Positions 53,097-64,000 of a stretch of DNA of 64,000 nucleotides are shown here, piece by piece. Positions within the stretch are counted from its first letter, which is position 1. Every line of letters starts with the position of its first letter. The notes under the pieces were generated by a model. The model was not told where the DNA came from. It saw only the letters and a program-made list of their open reading frames with translations, and did not search any database. Source of the stretch: the human T2T-CHM13v2.0 reference genome, Homo sapiens; assembly GCF_009914755.1 (NCBI RefSeq), contig NC_060928.1, one strand, 5' to 3'. The position numbers were made by a program, and so were the translations under genes.

Positions 53097-55290
53097 GTTT
53101 TTCTTTTGTCTCCTCTGACTGTATTTTCAAATAGCCTATATTTAGGCTCACTAAATCTTTTTTCTGCTTGATCAATTCTGCTGTTAAAAGACTGTGATAT
53201 ATTCTTTAGTATGCCAATTGCATTTGTCGGCTACAGAATTCCTGGTTGATTCTTTGTAGTTATTTCAATCTCTTTATTAAATGTATCTGATAGAATTCTG
53301 AATGTCCTCCCTGTGTTATCTTGAATTTCATTTGATTTCCTCAGCACAGTTATTTTGAATTCTCTGTCTGAAAGGTCACATATCTCTGTTTCTTCAGGAT
53401 TGATCCCTCATGGTTTATTTAGTTCATTTGGCGAGGTCATGTTTTCCTGGATGGTGTTGATGCTAGTAGATGCTCTTTGATGTCTGTGCATTGAAGACTG
53501 ATGTATGTATTTTAGTCTTCACTGTCTGGGCTTCTTTGTATGTGTTCTTCTTGGGAAGGCTTTCCAGATGTTTGAAAGGACTTGAGTGTTATGATGTAAT
53601 CTCTATCTGCTTTGGGAGGCACTCTAAGCTCAGTAATGCTGTGGTTCTTGCAGGTTAGTAGAGTAACTGCCTTGATAGTCTCGGATAAGATCCAGGATAG
53701 TTCTCTGAATTACCAAGCAGAGACTCTTGTTCTCTTCTACTTTCTTCTAAACAAATGCAGTCTCTGTCTTTGTTCTGACCCACTTAAAGCTAGGCGTGGT
53801 TTGACACAAGCACCTCTGTGGCCACCACTACTACGATGGTGCTGGCTCAGACCTGAACCCAGCACAGCACTGAGTCTCACCTAAGACCTGTTGTAACCAC
53901 TCCCTGGCTACTGCCTAAGTTCACTCAAGGTCCTGCAGCTTTACAATCTGCAGGTGGCAAAGTCAGCCAGGCCTGTTTCCTTCCTTTCAGGATACAAGTG
54001 GCTCCAGAGGTTCCATCTGGGAGTCAAGAACTAGAGTCAGAAACCTTAAAAGTCTACCTGATATTCTATTGTACTGTAGTTGAGCTGGCACTCAAACCAC
54101 AAGACACAATCCTTCTCACTCTTCCCTCCATTTTCCAAAGGCAGAGGAGCTTCGCTCCTTAGCCACCACCACCATCAGCCAAAGGGAGTACTGCCAGATT
54201 ACCATCAATATTTCCTTAAAGTTCTTCAGGCTTACTTGAGGCTCTTCAGTCAGCTTGTGGTGAATCCTACCTGGCCTGGTACTCACACTTCAGGGGAGTG
54301 GGCTCCCTTCTGGCTCAGGGAAAGTCCAGAAATGCCATTCAAGAGTCAAGTCCTAAAATCGGGGACCCCAAAAGCTCACTTGGTGCTCTACCCCACTGTG
54401 GTTGTGCTGGTACCTAAGATGAAAAACAAAGTCGCTTTTACTTTTTCCTCTGCTTTTCTCAAGCAGAAGGAATTTCACTCTGTAGGTACCACAGCTGACA
54501 ATGTGCCGAGTCTCATATGAAGCCAGCAAGTCTTAGGAGGTCACTGAAGGCCCTTGATGTAGTACCTGGGTATGACTGCTGGTTATTCAGGGCCCAAGCC
54601 CTCTTCAATTAGCAGCTGATGAATGCTGCCAGGTCTGGGTTCTTTCCTTCAATACAATTGGCTTCCTTCTGGGCCACAGTGTGTTTAGAAATGTTCAGGA
54701 GCTAGGGCCTGGAACAGGGATCTCATGACTTTGACCAGTGCCCTATCCTTGCTGTGGCAGAGCTGGTATCCCAGATTCAAGACAAAGTCCTCCCCACTCT
54801 TTCTTCTCCTCAAGCAGAAGGAAGGGGTCTCTTTTGGAGCCAGGAGCTGTGCAGCCTGGGGCTAGGAGAAGGGTGATGCCAGTACTCTCTTAGCTGCCCC
54901 AGCTCATGTCTCAGTAGGTTGCATGCCCCCCTTCCCCAACCCACTGTCTCTGGACCCAGTTCAGTGCTAGGACTTGCCTGAGTTGCAGGCATTTAATAAT
55001 AAATGAAACAGCTGAATGAAGTGTCTTTACTTCACAAACTTTATGGCCTAGACTGCCTTTCAGGTTTACTTAGAGACTCAGAGCTGTTTTCCCTAAGCCT
55101 TCAGTGCCCCTTTCAGCAATATGAAGATAAAACCAAGTACTATGAGGACTCGCCTGATTTTTTATTGTTATAATGGTGTTTTTTTCTCTGTAAATATTTA
55201 TTAAATTGGTGTCCTTGTGGGGAGGTGGTGGGGGTGGGGGTGGGAATAATCGGTGGAGCCTCCTCCTCTGCCATCTTGCTCTGCCTCTAA
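53097..55290 (-). mobile_element. L1MA/L1M1-type 5'UTR and ORF1 start, antisense
   Basis: 'tttgtctcctctgactgtattttcaaatagcc...ttgaattctctgtctgaaaggtcacatatctctg'; 5' terminus 'ctctgccatcttgctctgcctc'. Confidence 0.85.
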
Positions 55291-57691
55291 AACTGCAAGG
55301 TTTCCAAGGGAGCACTGCTGAAGACAATCAAGGTTCAGCCTCAGGAAAGAAAATAACGGTAACTAGTGCACAGATCTTTTGCACAAGTGAATTCAATTGA
55401 GGCTCAAGATAGACTCAAATCCACACAAGTGCTTGGAGTGAGAATCAGCAGTTAGGAGACTGGAAATGAGACCAATAAGTTGAACTAGCCACAAAAGTTG
55501 AGAACATTGTATAAAAGGAATTATCAGACACTGAGATTTTGTAGGTAAATTTTTCTAGCTTATATTCACTAAATGGGAAAATGTATTCTAATAAACTAGC
55601 ACTGGCTCATTATATGAATAGATCTAAGCCATCAAGAGACAGACAAAATATTATCTACTGTTGTGAAAGACAAGGAAGGGCAGGAGAAGACAGTGAGAAG
55701 TCAATGAGGCTCCAAGCACTATTACACTACATTTGATATATTTCTCCATAAGTAAATACACATTAGGCATAGCTGAAACTTGCTTGCAAGTCATGTAAAA
55801 CATTGCACTGTGAAACTTTACCTACAATTGGAGACCAAGTTTGAAATTCATTTCAGAGAATGAATAGAAGTTAGATAGGAAAATAGAATATTATAGGACA
55901 TAATTTCAAACTGAGTTACACAAAGGAAAATGAAAAAAGTCAGACTTGAATATGGTACAATATCCCTTTCTATCTTTCATCAAAGCAACTCTGTTTTTAT
56001 ATAATGGCTTGCATTTTCTGTAAGATTATATTCTGACCCAGAGGATAATTTCATCCTTTTTTAACAATAATATTGTACTATATTAAAAAATATAGATTCA
56101 AAATCTGACCAATTTTATTGTCTGTGACTACCTTCAAATTAATTTAATAAAACACATTTTGAATCATGCTAAAATAATAGATTCCTTTCTGTTATGCATA
56201 AGTAGCAAACATTGAGATCATATGAAATTGCTTTTCAGGATGATAAACTATTTTTCTTACTTTGTATACAAAGATGAATGTGGATACATGAAATTCGCCT
56301 CAGTTAGGAGATCTTTCAATGGCTAGTATCAGAATATCTGCCTAACCATAAGTTAAATAATAAGAAAATAACTGAGTACTTAACAGAGTCAGAAGGTGTG
56401 TACCGGTAAGGAGTCTTTCGGAAGCTTCAGTGTTTTGTCAAAGATGCATATTTTTTGTACATTTCTGCTCTGCCATCCTCATTTGCTGGAACATATTTTT
56501 CTAAGACCTGTTATATCATGGTAAAATGTCTGTTTGAAAATTCCAGTATTACATTGTCACATATGCCTTTTTTCCTACTATGTTCTTTTCTATGACTTTA
56601 CTGGACTAGAGTAGGCTGCTGCCACAGACACATGCAGAAGAAAATGTCGTTCAAGAAAAAAGGGAGAAGAAAACAGCTAGTGAGTAGGCATCTAGAATTG
56701 ACTCTTGCAAGATACATTTCACACTTAATTTCTTTTTTCTTTTTTAACTCAGATCCTATACCTTTACCAAAAGTGATAATGATGGGCACCAGTCTAGGCT
56801 TGCAATCATGAAACCACAGTTTTAGAAAATATTCCAGAATTAACGCCTAGAAAGTCAAAATTTAAGAGAGGGTTAAAATCAAACTATAATGAAACTGACT
56901 TCACTTTTACAAAATGCAGTTAATTGTTTTATGGAAATCTTTTTTTCTTTGAATCAAGTTTATACTTTCTCTGTCAAATTAAAATTCTACTTTATTTTGA
57001 TTGCTATAAAAAACTTCTCTACCGTAAAACCTGTCAGATGAGAATAAAATTTTGATGGAATAAAAAGAGAAATAATTTCATACAAATTTTGTTAAGTTTG
57101 GCATTCCATAAGGGACATACATATTCTAACAGTAAAAATATTCCCCTAATGTAAAACTAAAAGGTTCCATCAAACTAGCAAATGTATTTCCACAGAGAAT
57201 ACAAATTCTAAAGTCATTCCTTAACCAACAATAATCATCCATTAATATTTAAACACATCAATTAACAATTTGATTCTGGTGTGTATCTCTAAACAGATTT
57301 TGTAAATAAAAATAAGATATATTTTTATTTGGGCAAAAGTCAAGATGAAAATTGTCCAAAATCACCCATCAGAGCTCTTGATATGCTATATAAAATATTC
57401 AGCTAATTAACTGAAAATCAATAATCTGTGTGTGCATTATATAGGCCAATATGAGAAAGCCAAACCATACTCTGCAATGTATGCCATACTAATAAACTTT
57501 TCTAAATTTTCAGATTATTCAAGTGGCAATTCAAGTGGGCAATTAATGTATTATCTTACGGAATTAGACATAGTCTGCACATAATCAAGACACTCGAATA
57601 CTAGGTAATGTTCCCCTTGCCTCTGCCCCAATTGCTAAAGATGATATTTGGCAATTTATAGCAATGTATAGATATTTAATATATCTATACA

Positions 57692-59710
<2,019 letters not shown>

Positions 59711-60671
59711 GAGGCAGAATATTTGATAAAAGAAAAACCAGAATCGCCTTTGGGGTTATTTGCTTCATTTCTACTCCTCTACAATTAAACAGCAATGCTT
59801 ACTTCCATCTTTCTTTTTCTACAAGGGTCAGAGTGGTTAAAAGGGTGTTGCTTATTTTAGCTAGGGTTAGAGTACATTTAGTGTTCCACAAAGCCCAGCT
59901 AAATTGGGAACCGTCATCACTCAGAGTCATATAGTAAAATAAAAACAACCAAAACAACACAAAAAGCAGATGCTGACTCAAATTTTCATTGAAGCTAAGC
60001 AGTGTCATTGTGAATAAAAACTTTTTCTTAGTATTATGACTTCTCCTAAAGAAACACGTGCAAATACTCACAAGGAAATCATCCCTAAATGTGCATATGT
60101 GTGCATGTATGTGTATGTAACTTCTCTCTACATAAAATTTTTACAGAAAATCTGTGAGAGAATATGAAATAGCAGGAAGCGTTATCTGGTTATCTGAAAA
60201 AAGTTGTACACTTCCTGCGTACAATTATCTACTAATCTTACCTCTTAAGCATGAATTGTAACTCCCAAATTAGATGTGTATTTTGAGAATAGCGGATAAT
60301 GTAAGTAAAATTCCCAGTGGAATGATAGACAGTAGTGCTGAGTACAAAGAACACAAACCAAGGGCAAACAAACAACAACAAAAAAATTATGTGACTCGTA
60401 TCTAACTAGACATATTTTGTTACAATAGGTCTCAACCATTTTAAGAAATGAATACAAAATTGTGAGTATTCAAAAAAACTTGTGGGATATTTAGATGTTG
60501 ATAATCTTCATTAATCAATATTTCTTGGCATGCCCTACATGTCTGCTCAATGATTTTCTCCAACTCATATTTTAAAACCTAGTTTTAATTTTTAGTAACT
60601 TTAATTATTCTCAAGAATGACTTTGCCCTTCCATAGCATGTCTTGTCTATCTGCACTAAGATACTTGTCTG

Positions 60672-61347
60672 TGTAAGGGAAAATATAAATAGGAAAAAAA
60701 AATTCCCGTTAAAAATAAGAGAAAAAATTTGACTTCCACTCTTATTTCTTAGATAATTTGTTTTAGAAAACTTGTAAGTGAAATTTATTTTCCTGTCTTT
60801 TTAAAATGTATGTAAATCTTTTTTAAAAGCTAAATAAGCTTATTGCTAGCTTTGAGACTCAGGAATGTTTTTCTCAAATACTTGAGAACTATCTTCTTGC
60901 AATGTCATCAAGAAATATAGTGCCCCATCTTCCAGTTTCTGCGAGAGGTTAAGAGCTTAACTTTGGAGGGAATTTAGCTTTAAGTTACAAAACTTGTCCT
61001 AAAGATGTAGGAAGCTTATTTTTCCTTTGGATAAAGCTAATTAACTAACACAGATGGTCACCAATTACCAAGTGAATTTAAGATGAACTATGTGTGACAA
61101 ATGGTGCTGTCAAGTCCTCTTACTTGAGGACTAGTTACTGTTTATCTTGAGAGTACGTATGTAATGGGTTGTATCTGTTTGGCTGTATAAAAGGATGAGA
61201 CATCTTTCTGTCTTTGCAATCTCTTGGTAAATTAACATTCTGGTTTAATGCTCATTCGATTTAAAAAAAAAAACTTTTTTTTTCTTTTCTTTGTAAAGAA
61301 GTTTTCTGTGTTGGGAGAAGATTTTTTTAAATTGTATTTCCCCAACA
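60672..61347 (+). mobile_element. MER67(C)-like ERV1 LTR
   Basis: 'ttagaaaacttgtaa', 'aaatgtatgtaaatctttttt aaaagctaaataagc' and 'tttcctttggataaagctaattaactaacacagatggtcacc'; TATA-like gtataaaag at ~61185; ends tttccccaaca. Confidence 0.75.
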
Positions 61348-62880
61348 ATTCTGGTGAAAAGGGTGAGATGACTGACAGTTACTGAATTGAGCAGATGAGT
61401 TGAAGGTCTGTGGCCATGCAACAGTCAGGTAAGAGTCCTCAAATTATTAAAAGTCTCCCTTCTACCTTTCCATTCTTTTGGAATACAAGTTGGAAGACCA
61501 CCCTCTCAAAATTCAAGATATTGCTACTGAGTAGACATGGATGATCCAGGCTCTAAAATCCTGTCAGGATCACCATATGGTTGGAAAATACGGGAACCCC
61601 AGAATGTCATCTTCAGGTCTTTCTCATAAAGGAGTAATATCACTCTGTCATATTTGGAATGGATAAATGACAATCCAGTTTTTCAGTTGCCTCAGGGCAA
61701 TTATTTTGATTTGGATGAATTAATTAACTTCTTTTCTGGGGTTCTTAGGCCTCATTCTAAGCAACTAAACTACTGGCATTTATGAGGTGAATATAACTCT
61801 AAGGGAAAAAGTTAAGATGATTTGGATGGTTAGAAGAAGAGATTGAGAAAAATAGAAGAGGAAATGTGAGGATTAAAAACGCTTTCTCTTTCACAGCACC
61901 CTCCTCCTCTCATTTCTTTCCTCACATCTTCAATCTCTGATTTCCCTGTCTTTATCTCGCTCAGATTCAAATTGACTTCCTGGAAGGGTAGGTGATGATC
62001 TTTTAGGTGATAGTTTTCTTTGTTAGTGAAGGATCCTACAGAGATGAGCACACAGTTTCTTTATCCAACAATGAATTATCTGTCCCGTTTAAGGGCACAG
62101 GTTTCTATGCCTCATAGCCTAACATTGAGTCAACTTCATAGCTTAGCTCAAATTCCACCTCCAAGAATCCTGTCTCATCCACACACCACATGGCTAGGAA
62201 AGAGACATATCAGGAAATAATTGAGAACTTGGATAATAGACTGCCCCCATATAAAGGCAACAGGATGGAGAGTAGCTGCACTAGTCACCTACAAAAGGCA
62301 AGCAAGGTGTTAAGCTGATGAACATTAGCATGGGGAGGGAGACCAAAGTGTCACAAAAATTAGCCTTTCCTATTTAGATTGCCCACAAAGCTGATGACAT
62401 TGAGAAACTACCCAGGACTCCTGAATAATTCACATGCATTTCTCACCAGCTGATTTTACTCATTTAAAGGTTTCTTTTTTCTGTGACCCAGAAATATACA
62501 GACATACACCGGAGCATGTTATCAGTCTAAACCTCATGAACAGAGACATGCACTAGCTACTGTGTGGAATTATGCAAAAAGCAGACTTTACTTCTTTTAA
62601 GTTTCAAATGCATCAGCGTCCAGAAGATACCACATCAAAGGGTATTGTGGCCAAGGGAAGCCAACTACCTTCCATACTCCACAATGGAACCCATCTAAAA
62701 GGGTTGCTTGATGGCAATACTTAAATCCTTTCTTCTAAAGCTCAGCTGGGAGAAGTTACACTGATGTACCCACAAGGTAGGTGAGTCTCCCAGTTGATTT
62801 CACCAGTAGTTTGTTGAAACTTTCTCAAAAAACATTAAGTCTAAATTCTTATTTGCTTTAGCTTATAAATGAGTTCAATA
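61348..62880 (+). mobile_element. ERV1 internal relic (leader and decayed gag) attached to the MER67-like LTR
   Basis: TGG occurs just after the LTR. 62711-62835 translates MAILKSFLLKLSWEKLH*CTHKVGESP(fs)VDF...FVETF, which resembles the capsid major homology region. Confidence 0.6.
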
Positions 62881-64000
62881 TTTATGGCAAAGTGTTTTTT
62901 GAGGATTTTGAAACTCTCTCTACTATTTTCTCTAGTCATTTATAAAATAAAAATAAAAAATTTATGGATATGTTTCCCACCAAAGGGATCTGTGGGATCC
63001 CTTTGGATCTACATTATTCAATACGTAGGTGATTGCTGGTAGTATAAGAAGCTAAAAGCAATATAAAATTGATAACTTGGCTTTGAAATAATTATTTGCT
63101 TCACAAAAGCATAAGGTTTCAATAGAACAATTGCAATTTTGCTAAACGAAATAAAAATATTTAGGGTGTCAGTTATGAGCCGTGGGCCATGGAATCTAGT
63201 AGTTACGTCTAGTAGTTTCATAATCTAGAAGTCCATTTTACATAAAATGACTTAAATAAAAACTTAAAAACAGACAATTATTTGATAATAGTACAGTATT
63301 ATGGACAGTGGATTTCATTTTGCAGAGGAGGCAAAACCTTTGCTGGAAAAAAACTGCATGATAATTCTCCAGATCTTCCAGTTTGGTCCCTAGAATCTGA
63401 AGGGCTTTTGAAAATTGAAGTTGGCTATAGTTTCTTCCCCAGCTTTGGTGATTACAATTTTAAAAAAAATACTCATCATGATTTATCTAATATTCATTTT
63501 AATATTGCATATTTACTAATGTTTACTGATGGGCTATGTACTTGGGATAATAGTGACAAATTTAAGGTGTCCTAAGCTGTGGTGATTTATCACTGAAACT
63601 TGAACAATTACTTTTTGTCTGGAAATAAGTCTGCACAAGCTGACAATAGCTATCACTAAAGCAACTTTGTTCTGGATTTAAAATGAATATATAATATACT
63701 ACTAATAGGTTTATGTTTGGCATCTATCATGCAACAAAGCAAATTTTTTGACTAGAATATTTTTTACTTCTATTGGAATAAAAATATCTCATGGAAACTG
63801 ATTGCTGATTTGTTAGAGGTTTTACCACTGCTTGCTCAGATGTTAGTAATTCATTCTGCTGACAGAGTTGCAAAAGCCACTGGTAAAACATTGCAGATTC
63901 CAAACTTAGAAGCTCTACTTTTAATACAATAAAAAATGCTTGTTTGTTTTCAAAAATATGCTTCCAAAAAGAAGATGGATTATAAAAGAGGCTGAAAGAA

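Noticed and set aside
54080-54520. 146-aa ORF, the longest in the window
   Set aside because: It lies antisense within an old L1 5'UTR and has no recognisable protein features.

Overview
AT-rich, CpG-poor primate genomic DNA. Alu J/S/Y, THE1, MER41, MER61 and Made1 elements point to a simian, probably catarrhine or human, genome. It looks like deep intron or gene desert: I see no convincing protein-coding exon, RNA gene, CpG island or CRISPR-like array, and the supplied ORFs are repeat-derived or unrecognisable. Roughly half of the window is recognisable transposon debris. This includes an ERV-L reverse-transcriptase relic, old L1M and L2 fragments, a full-length Tigger1, a complete THE1 (LTR-int-LTR), MER4A and MER41B solo LTRs, a complete MER61-type provirus with a 4-bp TSD, a MER67-type LTR with a gag relic, Tigger3, Made1, several MLT1 LTRs and seven Alus. 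The most notable structures are a THE1 with discordant LTRs and intact DUX4-type motifs, a MER41B with one intact STAT GAS site inserted into one copy of a local ~90-bp duplication, a nested MLT1E>5'-inverted L1>3xAlu stack, and two tandem gag-matrix starts plus an env tail at the 3' end of the MER61 internal region. Repeat family names come from my recall of consensus sequences and need RepeatMasker/Dfam confirmation. I found no evidence for a novel multi-gene biological system.
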